Source of the DNA: Adineta vaga
Lineage: Eukaryota > Animalia > Rotifera
DNA length: 64,000 bases
Assembly (NCBI GenBank): GCA_021613535.1
Contig: CP075492.1
Coordinates: forward strand, 17,732,001 to 17,796,000
Reading direction: 5' to 3'
Of the stretch, positions 11,931 through 23,315 are shown piece by piece (position 1 is the stretch's first letter; every line of letters starts with the position of its first letter). The notes beneath the pieces were generated by a model. That model worked only from the letters and a program-made list of their open reading frames with translations, was not told the DNA's origin and did not search any database. A program made the position numbers and the translations under genes.

Positions 11931-13692
11931 ATGTTGTTTGTGACGATAGCTCTTGCTTTACTACTCGTGTGTATTGTCTTAATTGCTTATCTGCGGAGTT
12001 TAAAATCTAGTTATTCATATTTTAAAATTCGTGGTATTTCTGGTCCACCACCTCGCTTTTTCTTTGGTCATTATCGAACTCTTTGGGCAGTGGAATCTAT
12101 TTCTCGACAATGGCAAAAGTGGACTGGTCAATATGGTCCGATTTATGGGCTTTTCGAAGGCACTCGTCCAGTCTATATCGTCTCAGATGTTGAGTTTTTA
12201 CAAGAAGTCTTTGTTAGACAATTTGGTTGTTTTCATTCAAGACGTCTGCCATTTGTAACTCAATTAAATCAAGGAAATCTCGTTCATCTATTTGCAGCTA
12301 CTGGAAATCGTTGGCGTCGTCAAAGACATATAATTAATCCAACGTTTTCCGTCGCAAAATTAAAACTAACATCTCCTATTGTCAATAGATGTATTGATGC
12401 ATTGATGAATAAACTTGAGCAGCAGAAGGATCAAGAATTCGATATTTATACATTTTACAAGCGGTTAACTATGGATGTTATCTGTGAGTAATCTTCTTTC
12501 TTATCATTAGACACGTGATTATACGACACGATCACATAGAACTACTTAAATTATGTAAGATTTCATTTGATTGTAGGTCATTCTGCATTTGGGATCCATA
12601 CGGATATGCAGAACGATATCAATAATCCATTTATTGCTAAATCAGCCCAATTTTTTAAAGATAATCCTGAAAAACTCCCTATTGTAAAATTAAGTTGTTT
12701 AATGCCATGGCTTATTCCAATTCTTACTCAGATTGTTTATACTATGTTGGTTGTATTCAAGATGTTACGCTATCTGGCACCTCGTTTCATGAGTGAGTTC
12801 GAGGAGCTTCCTGGAATGTGGATCATCAATCAAGTAAGACAAGTAATTCAAGCACGAAAAGATCAGACCGAATCAGAGGAACAACAATATCGTGAAATTG
12901 ATTTATTACAATTAATGATCGATGCAACGACGTCTGATAAAATCAATGTGAGAAAGAATCTTTTTTTCCACTATTGTATAATTCAAATCTAATTATAGGA
13001 AAAACAACTTCACGCAGATGAAGTAGCGAGTAATGTATTTTTCTTCATGATTGCTGGTTTTGAAACAACCTCAACTACATTGGCTTCGTCTACATATATT
13101 TTGGCAACAAGACCCGACATTCAAACGAAACTTCAAGCAGAAATCGATGAAATGTATGCAACAAATAATGAAGAACTCGATTATAATTCGGTCAACAATA
13201 TGAACTATATGGATTTGTTCATTCGTGAAGTTTTACGAATGTTTCCTGTCGCTCTTCAGGCTGTTTCGAGAGAATGCAATACAGAAACAACTGTATGTGG
13301 ACACATAATTGAAAAAGGTTAGATTGAGTTTTTTTTAAGAAGATTAGAAAATGAAATATAACTTTTTTTTTAATGTAGAAAGCGTTATTCAACCTGACAT
13401 ATTGACACTACATTATGATCCTGCACTATGGGGTCCTGAGGATCCTTCCTTGTTCATACCTGAACGACATACAGTTCGGCGACATCCAATGGCTTCTATG
13501 GCGTTTGGTCAAGGTCCTAGAAATTGTGTTGGAATAAAATTTGGTTTAATGGAATTAAAATTGTGTCTAATTCGTCTTCTTCGTCAATATTCAATTCTTC
13601 CTGGTCAACGTATTGAACAAGGATTTGTTCTTCGAGAAACACTAGTGATTCAGCCCGATGCTGTGTATATTAAGCTTGAGAAACGTCAATAA
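11931..13692 (+). CDS. Cytochrome P450, CYP3-clan-like, 4 exons
   Basis: Exons 11931-12483, 12577-12947, 12999-13317 and 13379-13692 join in frame. N-terminal TM + GPPP, WRRQR, AGFETT, EVLR, PERH, heme motif FGQGPRNCVG. Confidence 0.95.
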
Positions 13693-14163
13693 ATCGGATA
13701 GATATTCTCGTCCAAATAAGAATTAATAATGAGTAGATAAATCTAAGAATATTTATTTCTTATTTCTACAAAGATATATTTTCTTCAACATCACTATTTC
13801 TATCAAGTGTTACTAATGACTTTTTCGAACTGTGTATACTGCAACAATTTTCATCACGTTTTATTATTCGTGGATAAAATACTTTTCCATTTTGAATTCA
13901 CCACACCCACACCCACACCCTCTTCGATCAGTATCCAGATGCTCAAGATGACTCAGTAAAGAAAATACAGATGGAAAATTACCTTACACGTTAACAGATT
14001 ATTGCATAATTAAAGTATGCAGTCGATGACGCACATTTTCTCAAAAAACGGAAGGACAAATCGTTGAGTCATGTGTATATTAATACGGTATAAATTACCT
14101 TTGATTTTTTTCCATTCTCACACTATTTCATATAGTTTATAGTTACTAATTATCAATACAGAA

Positions 14164-14816
14164 ATGCAAAGACGTCATGATCGTGAACCAGTTTTCATTG
14201 GTGTGGCCTTGGCTGTTGGCCCACCTGCAGTATCAGGCATGATCTTTTTAGTAAACCAAATTCGTACTGCAATCGAAAATTATGAATTAAACGAGGAGAG
14301 TTGTATTGAATTACATGGACATATTTATGAAGTTGGATATGCTCTAGAATCCATCCCAGAGAAATACTTTTCTCATGAAGACTTTCAACAAACATTGACG
14401 AATTTGCAAGTTTATCTTGAGGAATGTTTTCAACTTGTAAATAAATATGGTGAAAAATCCAGTATTGAACAATTCTTACGAAGTCGTAGTTATAAACGAA
14501 AATTCGACAAAGTAAATGCACAATTAGCTCGCGCCAAAGAACGTTTGACATTTATTTTACGCATTCATAGTTTTGTCAAAAACAAAGCAAATCACCTGAG
14601 TACAACATCACTTAATTTTGATGGTCAACATCGACATACTCCAGTTGTCGATCGACGACATAGATCACTAACACCTCCGGTAATTACATAAAATGAATCT
14701 AATTTTCATCTGATCTTTTTTTTTCTTTTCTTTAGAGCATTCATATGATGATACGAGGTCAATCTCCGCGTATACCTCAAAGACATGGAGTTGTTCATCG
14801 TGGATCCCTACATTAA
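14164..14816 (+). CDS. Stand-alone MLKL-N-terminal-like (four-helix bundle) domain protein, 198 aa, 2 exons
   Basis: Pattern NEESCIEL...L.NL..YLEEC.QLV.KY...EQFLRS..YKRKFDKVNAQL. Phase-0 intron 14680-14735; stop 14814-14816; no kinase domain. Confidence 0.65.
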
Positions 14817-15732
14817 TCTTACAATAGAATAATGTTAACAGAAAAAAAGAAACTGGAATTAGTCTTGATGAAACATATTGACTATCTGTTTCGATTTGAA
14901 TTGCATCGGCTTGTGTCGGAGGAAACGTTTCTTGATGTTTCCAATACAAATACTGGAAATGAATTCAATATTCAAATGAAAGAAAAAACAATAAGAATCA
15001 ATCTATTCATCGGCGTTGCCTTGATAGATTGTCGAATAGTTATATTTTGTTTTGATTATTTGTGGCTTCATCTACAAATAATAAACGATTTCTAATTGAT
15101 TCAAATTAACGAAAAGGATCTTCAGAATGTTGATTAACAGAAATATAAGAATATAAACTATGAGAAAATCTGTCACTATTCCAATTACTTCTGCAAATTT
15201 CTGTTGATGAATCTCTCATTTATTCATTATAAGTAAGAAAAATTCTTCGATTTAAATGGCCAGAGATGCGCTAATACAAATACAAATTGTACTCTGACTT
15301 TTCCTGTACATATAGTATCGATCAGATAACACCTTATTCGATAACTTTGTATAGTGCCATGTATTCTTTTGTCTTACTTCCAGACTAAAAAGATAGCATA
15401 CGTTAGTTTTTCCTTTAATTGACTTAATTCGATTTTTGAATCCAACCATGACAGATATCATAGTGCAGCGGCATTTATTTTACATGCTGTCTTTAATAAC
15501 AACTTCATTGCACAGCGTAACCAAATATCATTATAATCATCAGTAATAAACAACAGAAACACCGTCATGATGTCCTTTGACTAATTTTGCTCAAGCTGAA
15601 TATACATAACATAATAAATAGCACAAAATATCCTTATTTTGATGTCTTGCTCGTTTCGATTGCACATGAAGTTCAAATTCAACTAAACCAACTTCCGCAT
15701 TTCTAATCATCTTGCTTGAGTCAACTATGAAC

Positions 15733-15771
15733 GAGGGTGTGGGTGTCTTTCTTTCACCAATGCCCTCAAGA
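15733..15771. repeat. Telomere-like inverted-repeat element
   Basis: gagggtgtgggtg...caccaatgccctcaaga, directly before the truncated LRR gene. Confidence 0.75.
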
Positions 15772-16950
15772 TATAAAATATCTTAATTCAAATCAAATTT
15801 ATTCACTTGATTCAATGTCTCTTCAATATATTAAATCAGAAACACTTTCTATTCTTTTAAAAGATTCTATTCACTTACCAAATCTTATTTCATTAGATTT
15901 ATCTCAAATTTATCCATTCACGTTTTTTTTATCAAAATTAAAATATCTTAGAATAACATCAATTGGATTTAAGAATTCATTTGAATTACCATATTCAACT
16001 GAAAATGAACAACTAAGTTCGATTGAATATCTTAATATTGATTATTATGTTACATTTAAAGAACTTTCTACAATAATATCTTCTATGCCTAAACTCTATG
16101 ATTTATCATTTTTACATGAAAATGAAAATGATTCAACAGTTGATTGAATAATATCAATAGAATTATTAAAATTAATAAACATATCAATAACTATTCTTGA
16201 TGAATTTATTTCTCCATTTTGGATCAATCGACAATTAATTGTATAAATTGTTCGTGATCAATATTTGATTTCTATTACAATGAAATCATATAAGTATGTT
16301 TTAGTTTTATCGAACACTTACTTTTTATATCTTTTATTTAGAAAAATATGGTATGAATTAGTTATTATCGATGAGAAAGTTAATATAAATAAATCAACTT
16401 TACTTATTAGTATTCAATATATTTCTGATGATAAATATTTAAAATTTTTGATTGAAGATATGGAATGGATTACAGATTTTGCAACTATTTATCATTTAGA
16501 AATAACTAAATCTTTTTTTATTGGAATTCTTATGGAAATTTTTAATGTTTTACCTAAGAATGATTCATTAAAAATATCTTCGATAACATTACCGACAATT
16601 ACATATTTGAATGATGATGAATTAGAACAATTTACTGACGCAACAATTTATAATCAAATAACAAAAGTTTATCTTGAAAAAATGAATACATTTGATGATA
16701 TTCTTTTTCTTTTGGATTTATTTCCTCGATTAAAATCTCTTCAAATTGATATTGATATTCAATTATTCTCTAAAGTTATTTTGATGAAAATTAAGAATCA
16801 AGAAGATTTTAATCTTTATTTATTATCTATAACTATTCCAACAGTTGATGATCAAATGATGAATGAAATACAAAATTTCATTGATCTACAAAAATCTTGT
16901 TTTTAATTATAAAATTAGACGTATAAGTGATACTAATTTATTACAAATAT
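15772..16950 (+). pseudogene. 5'-truncated LRR gene remnant of the F-box/LRR type
   Basis: LPNLISL, LSKLKYLRI, SSIEYLNI, MPKLYDL, FPRLKSLQI repeats with stops and frameshifts; no start region. Confidence 0.6.
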
Positions 16951-17201
16951 AATCGTTTTCTTCTGAATAGAATAAAAATTTAAATCTAACTTTCATTCAC
17001 GTCATCATGATAAACTAATGAGGTATTCTCTACATATACAATACTTGGATTGTGATTCGAGTCTTTTTGGATTTATCCTTATAATTACATTTCAACTGAT
17101 ATTTTGTTCTCGCTTTATTTAGTAAAGTTTTTTTTACTTTTCTTAAGGTTTGGATCATTTATACACAAAGAAATAATAGATAAAATATAAAATATAAACA
17201 T

Positions 17202-18113
17202 TTACCAGTTTACTGAATGTACAATAACGTTAACATTTAAATGAGATGGTACGTTCAATGGACCACTTATTGTTAAATTATTATTGACTACCGGAATCCA
17301 ATCTCTTTCAGTTTTAACTAAAACTCCTGGTTGATTACGATTATAGTATTCATAAGTCACATCAGCACCTTTCCCTGATGCTCGCAAATCAGCCATTCGT
17401 TTTTCATGTGCTATTCGGTTTTGTTCTGCTCTGTCATCCAGTGTTTTATTTTGTTGTATCAGATCTACAAGCTGCGTTTGTTGGTCGTTCAATTTTCGTA
17501 TCTCAATAACACCACTTTGAACGTGGTTCGTTGGTACACATTGTAGAACAGTACCTATCAGTTGCTTACGTAACTGTTCACGTTCTTGTAGATTACTAGT
17601 ATTGATATGATCTAGTAGACACATTTTGACATTTGGTATCTTACAATAACCTTGTAGCTTAATACGAATTTCACTTTCGTATCCAGCAGAACGGTTTTTT
17701 GGTAAATCATTAATAATTAACACCAATGACTGCTGTTGAAAATTAAAAACAGCATTTAAAGCTTGAAGTACTCTTACATCTTCATCACGTATACGTCCAG
17801 CACTTCCACCAGTAAAAACAAATACAACTATACAATTTGGACATTGTTGGAATGCTTTGTAAATTTCTTGTTTGTTTCGATCAACAACAGTTTGATCATC
17901 TTCAAGAAGTCCAGGTGTATCATATATAGAATATAACATTGATCCAATAGTAGTATTTTGACATTGTACATGATGCGTAACACTTGACGCACTACATTGA
18001 TGTTGAAATGTTTCATGATTTGATATGATATTTCCTAATAATGATTTACCAACACCAATATTACCAAGTAAAATAAGACCATTTGTTGATGACTGAAAAT
18101 TTCCGTGGACCAT
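17202..18113 (-). CDS. AIG1/GIMAP-like P-loop GTPase (paralog 1)
   Basis: G1 GNIGVGKS-LGN, SVT (G2), DTPG (G3); short coiled coil and divergent tail. Confidence 0.85.
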   Translation of the reverse strand: MVHGNFQSSTNGLILLGNIGVGKSLLGNIISNHETFQHQCSASSVTHHVQCQNTTIGSMLYSIYDTPGLLEDDQTVVDRNKQEIYKAFQQCPNCIVVFVFTGGSAGRIRDEDVRVLQALNAVFNFQQQSLVLIINDLPKNRSAGYESEIRIKLQGYCKIPNVKMCLLDHINTSNLQEREQLRKQLIGTVLQCVPTNHVQSGVIEIRKLNDQQTQLVDLIQQNKTLDDRAEQNRIAHEKRMADLRASGKGADVTYEYYNRNQPGVLVKTERDWIPVVNNNLTISGPLNVPSHLNVNVIVHSVNW

Positions 18114-18166
18114 TGCTTTAAAGTTTTCAATAAACTCCTTTCATATCACTGAGGTATATAATAGTA

Positions 18167-19437
18167 CAGGTTGATTCACTTATTTTTGCTCATTTTTATT
18201 TCGAGTATTATAAAACAAAGAAAAAAGCTACATCTTCAAACGATGTTCGATATGAAAGCCACGAGCTTTATGTATAAGAAAAACTCGTTTCGGCCAGCTC
18301 GCTAAAACTTTATCGATATAAGCTTGATCGATCTTTTTCCATTCATAAAAAATTTTTTTTTTCAGTTCGTCGAGAGTTTCAATTTTGAATTTGTTTAATC
18401 GTTGTTTCAAATAGCCCCAAACAGCATAATCCATGGGAGCTGCATCAGGTGATTTAGGCATCCATTCTTCAGGTTTCACATAATTAATTTCCGCTTGGTT
18501 CATAAATTTGATGGTTTTTTTCGAAACATGGCTTGGAGCACTATCGTGGTGAAAGATCATTCTGTTTTTTTGACTATCTGGGAATAATCGAGGACGATCA
18601 TCAGATAAAAATGGTTTTAAAATATGACTTATGTAATAATCCGAATTAATTTTCGTACCAGGATCAACAAAACGAATCGATGTTTTACCTCGAGATGAGA
18701 TACCGGCCCATACCATGAAACCTTTTGGACGAGAAGAATCTTGTTGAATAATCATTCTTTCATAGTCTGGATCGGTCTTTTTTACATAACAAACTTTTCT
18801 TTTTCCTTCTGTCCCATTGAGATAGAACCAAGATTCATCTGTTGTGATAAAATTTTCATATCGATAATTGGCTAAACGTCGATAGAGTCGATAAGCACGT
18901 TGACAACGTTTCTCGATATGTGATGATGTTAATTTTTGAACTTTACATTTTTTCCGAAGAACAAAGTTGGCAGTTTTAATGACTCTTGAGACAGTAGATT
19001 GGCTGACTTTACAAGATCGAGCAATTAAACGTTGAGTAGGAGGATCTTCTACATCAATTTGTTTGATTATTTTCGATACAGTTGATGGTGTGGATACTGG
19101 TCGTTTTCGATAAAATTTGACTTTTTCTACTGAATTACGTTGAACACCAATTTTTCTTTTAACATTCGATACAGTTCGTTGAGACACATTGATGCCATCA
19201 TTTTTCAAAATTTCTACAATTTGTCTCTGGGAGTAGTTTACTTGCAAAAGAGCCAAAATACGTCCTTCATGTTCAGAATCGATTTTTCTTCGAGGCATTG
19301 ATATGAATGGGCAATGAACATACTGAACGAAAGAGGACGATATCCCCATCGCGTGATACTATTACCCCATTTTTTTCTTTCTTTCTGTCAAGCGCACGTG
19401 GTGTTCAAAAATGAGCAAAAATAAGTGAATCAACCTG
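18167..19437 (-). mobile_element. Full-length Tc1/mariner element, DD37D (maT-type), 1271 bp
   Basis: Perfect 31-bp TIRs (caggttgattcacttatttttgctcattttt); TA duplication at 18165-18166 and 19438-19439. Confidence 0.97.
18228..19298 (-). CDS. DD37D transposase
   Basis: Uninterrupted ORF with likely start MPRRKID, HTH region, TTDESWF, HHDSAPSH and SPDAAPMDY; 37 residues between the 2nd and 3rd Asp. Confidence 0.95.
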   Translation of the reverse strand: MPRRKIDSEHEGRILALLQVNYSQRQIVEILKNDGINVSQRTVSNVKRKIGVQRNSVEKVKFYRKRPVSTPSTVSKIIKQIDVEDPPTQRLIARSCKVSQSTVSRVIKTANFVLRKKCKVQKLTSSHIEKRCQRAYRLYRRLANYRYENFITTDESWFYLNGTEGKRKVCYVKKTDPDYERMIIQQDSSRPKGFMVWAGISSRGKTSIRFVDPGTKINSDYYISHILKPFLSDDRPRLFPDSQKNRMIFHHDSAPSHVSKKTIKFMNQAEINYVKPEEWMPKSPDAAPMDYAVWGYLKQRLNKFKIETLDELKKKIFYEWKKIDQAYIDKVLASWPKRVFLIHKARGFHIEHRLKM

Positions 19438-19721
19438 TACACTATATATTGTAAGATAAGAAAACCATTTTATTATGTTTCTTCCAACTATTTAACTGAC
19501 TCAGTTCTGATGACAAAGTGATAACAAAGATAAAAACATTTAAAATGTCTAGTTATTTATCTCTTTAAAGCTCATTACACGATAAACCAAATCTGGAAAA
19601 AACCAACTATGAGAAAGTCATGCAGCGTTTTTCCCCAATCTATCTTTTTGAATCCTATATATAAGCAAAAGAAAATTATATGATATTACCCACTTCATAC
19701 TTTAAACTTGAAAGATTCAAA

Positions 19722-20687
19722 ATGAATACACAAAACGCAGTTGATGGTGACACTGTTGCCGTTAGTGATACAAATAATGCTGCCAATTCTGCTGAATTTG
19801 GTATTATTTTGCTTGGTAATACAGGTGTTGGTAAATCATTCTTAGGTAATATTTTGGTAGGTGATGAAGTATTTATACATGAATGTAATCCATCATCAGT
19901 TACTCATGCTACAGAATTTCAAACTTTCATCTTCGATGGACAGACATTTGTTGTCTTTAATATTCCCGGTCTTGTTGAAGATAATCAAGAAGCTATTGAT
20001 CATAATAAACAAGAAATTTACAAAGCATTTCGACGATGTCCAAATTCTATTATTGCATTTGTTTTTACTGGTGGAAGTAGTGGACGTGTCAAAGATGAAG
20101 ATCTTGTTGCATTTAATGCAATTCATAAAGCATTTAATTTCAAAGAGGAATCATTATTTTTAATTTTTAATGATTTACCATTGAAAAAATCACCAGATTA
20201 TGAAGGTAAAACACAAATAAAAATGGGACAATTAATAAATATGCCCGATGTAAAAGTTTGTTTTTTGGATCGTATCGACCAAAATAATGTGGATGAACGT
20301 TACCAATTATGTATGAAAATGATGGAGTTTATTATGAATCAATGTGAACCAAAATTCCATAGAAAAGAAGGTGATATTATATTACATATTGATCATATTC
20401 AAAAGTTAAAAGACGAATCCAAAGAACTTCAAAATCAATTAGAAAAGGAAATCCTTAAGTTGCAAAATACAATCGATGAAAAGCAACATCAGTATGCAGC
20501 TGATAAAGTACGTATGGAACACGAATATCAAACAATAAAAGACCAAATTGTCAAACAAGAACAGGAAGCCGCTCGAGAAAAAGCAGAAATGCAAAGACAA
20601 ATCGGCGAACTTCAGAATCGATCGGTTCAAGTTATCTGTCAAAACGCAAAAAAGAAAAACAGACATTGGTGGAAGAAAATATTTTGA
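19722..20687 (+). CDS. AIG1/GIMAP-like GTPase (paralog 2) with C-terminal coiled coil
   Basis: GNTGVGKS, SVT, NIPG (G3 Asp to Asn); shares NKQEIYKAF..CPN and FVFTGGS with paralog 1; TATA-like motif at ~19657. Confidence 0.85.
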   Translation: MNTQNAVDGDTVAVSDTNNAANSAEFGIILLGNTGVGKSFLGNILVGDEVFIHECNPSSVTHATEFQTFIFDGQTFVVFNIPGLVEDNQEAIDHNKQEIYKAFRRCPNSIIAFVFTGGSSGRVKDEDLVAFNAIHKAFNFKEESLFLIFNDLPLKKSPDYEGKTQIKMGQLINMPDVKVCFLDRIDQNNVDERYQLCMKMMEFIMNQCEPKFHRKEGDIILHIDHIQKLKDESKELQNQLEKEILKLQNTIDEKQHQYAADKVRMEHEYQTIKDQIVKQEQEAAREKAEMQRQIGELQNRSVQVICQNAKKKNRHWWKKIF

Positions 20688-21298
20688 GTTGAAATTTATC
20701 TTTTAGTTAAAAAAAATACTTAACTGTTTACTATTCAAATGTATTATTAAGGACTAGAAAGGAGGAGGATATTGGTGAGGGTGACTGTGGCAATCTACAA
20801 TATCTTTCGACTTCTTGCAATGGTTTCATCAGGTATAGATCAGATTCTATAGTCATTTAAAATCACACTAGAATTATATAGATCTAGACGATTGATTATA
20901 TTTTTGAAATTCAATATGTAAAGAAAATAAAAAAATTTCACAGCGTACAGATTCGTAAAAAATAATTATGTTTGGTATTCACCTACATCCTCGAATAATC
21001 ACAATCATGACAATTAATTTATCTATAATAAATTTTTCACACTCACACCCAACCCTCAAGATGATATTTCACAATCAACAATACTTTATTTCTTATCTCG
21101 TATTTTCATATTCTCCTACAATAATCTTTCCTTCTTTAATATACACATACTATTCAATGATGATAAATTTATCTTGAATGCAACGAATTGTAAGTACATT
21201 TCATGTCTTCCAAGAGGATTTCGTTTTATTTTCACCAAAAAAACACAAGTACATGACGATACAATAAATAATCAAAGACATAACAAAAAATAGAAATT

Positions 21299-22252
21299 TT
21301 AGTTACGTCGATCAAAATGAAAGCATCGTTTCATTAATAATTTCATAGACTGTTGAAATATTTTTCGAAACATACTACTACAAGCATAATTAATATAAAA
21401 TGAGACACTAAATTTTATGGTATAAAGTATAGTGCTTAATTGCATGACTAAATATTCAATTTGTTGTCGTTCAACACTTTTCTCTATTGAATTAGTAAAA
21501 AAACTGTATGGCATTGCAATATCTCGTTGAACTCCTAATATTATTTCTAAAAGACCTTGTACAAATATTAGAATGAATAATTGTCGATCCATTTTTTGAA
21601 TAATACGTAGTGCATGATTTTGAGCAGAAATTATATTGATTCGATTTCTTGATTGTCGTATATGAATACATGTAATTACACCACAAATCAATATACCAGT
21701 ATGAGGAATCAAAGAAAGAAACATAGTTCCATAAATAACAAGAACAATTGTTCCAGGACCAGGTATTGTTGTACACATACCATCATAATGATCATAAACA
21801 ATTAAACAAAAGATACATGAAATTGAAAGGAATAACATTGTTATAATGAAAAGACGTTTAGCAAATGACATAGAACTAAGTCGTCGCCAAGAAACACTTT
21901 TTGATGTTGACAAACAGCGATCGAATGTCGATAATAAAAGACAAGTTGTTCCCATCAATGGTAAACATATTGAAAAGTAAGAATATATTTTACATATTGA
22001 ACGATTTGTCTGCAGAATATTATATCCCGAATATTGTACTGTCATATATGTTATAATAAGAAGATTAAGAAAACATGAATCAAGAAAATAAGAGAAAATC
22101 ATATAAAATATACACGGTTTTGTTCGAAATTTTTTTGATAAAAATGTAAGAATATTCAATATATTTCCAATTGTTCCCAAAACTATAATGGCACAGAAAC
22201 TGAAAAATAGTACATTACTTGCTATGTCTATCAATAATGTCATATTGATCAA
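21299..22252 (-). CDS. Rhodopsin-family 7TM GPCR
   Basis: GTIGNILN (TM1), C in TM3 and FDRC, seven hydrophobic segments, SFYINY..SSMFRK. Confidence 0.9.
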   Translation of the reverse strand: MINMTLLIDIASNVLFFSFCAIIVLGTIGNILNILTFLSKKFRTKPCIFYMIFSYFLDSCFLNLLIITYMTVQYSGYNILQTNRSICKIYSYFSICLPLMGTTCLLLSTFDRCLSTSKSVSWRRLSSMSFAKRLFIITMLFLSISCIFCLIVYDHYDGMCTTIPGPGTIVLVIYGTMFLSLIPHTGILICGVITCIHIRQSRNRINIISAQNHALRIIQKMDRQLFILIFVQGLLEIILGVQRDIAMPYSFFTNSIEKSVERQQIEYLVMQLSTILYTIKFSVSFYINYACSSMFRKIFQQSMKLLMKRCFHFDRRN

Positions 22253-23315
22253 ATTAAGATAAGAAGTTGGATTTTTAATGATTTGATTGAAACAACTAAA
22301 GAACTTTAATAAGTAACTTATTGGTGTTAAAGAATATTTTTTTCGTACGTTAATGAAACTCAGTATGTCATGAGATGCAATATTACTATGATTGTTATTC
22401 GTATGAGACGATATAATGAATGAAAAGAAGCGTATTAATTGACTTTACATGTATAAGTTTGTAAAAAAAAATATATAAAATAAGATGTTTAATGAGATAG
22501 TCTGTTAAGCTTGAAGTCACTCTGTTCTAATTGATTCAAATATAGAATAAATTATTTTATGTTGCTGAAATATAGTTGTGTCCGCGCATTTTACATTAGT
22601 TCATCAGACAGATAAAACACTTATAAAAACGTTTCAAAAGCTTCTATGGAAATAAAATAATCTGGGTTTCGACAATCTAATCAATAAATCACAACAAGAA
22701 ACTATACAATTAAATTACATTAAATGAAGGATATTCACCACTGATTTATTTATATGATGTATTATGAATATGATTCAGATCGACATTTATTATTTTCTTC
22801 TTTTTTTTTGCATATATAAAATACCATAATATTTCACTCAAGAAAACATCATTGCTTTGTATACACTTTTCACCAGCATTACGTTGAGTTCGGTAATAAT
22901 TGGGTATTTCGTGATGAACTGACACTTTGAAATAACTCAAACGATCGGATATACTTGAAATAGTTTGAATATAGTATATGACTTGTGAAGGAAAACAAAC
23001 TTATTCTATATACTCGAGATATTTCTATGCTTTTTCAAGAAAAGATATGATTACCTATCTTTTCAATATGTTTCAATAGAAGTATAGTAGAATAAAGTTA
23101 TTATTACCGTTCGAAAAATAGATGTGATTTAGAACCCATTTCAGCTCGTTCCGCCGAGTCGTTTCGGAGAAGAAAAGGAAAGACTTGCGTACTTATAAAG
23201 ACATAATCATGTGTGAAGTCGTGGATTGCGGACAAGATTACATGCTTCTACATTTTCTTGTTGTTCTTTTTTCAAACTCATCCACACATTCAGGAATTTA
23301 AGAAAACAGTTTTAT

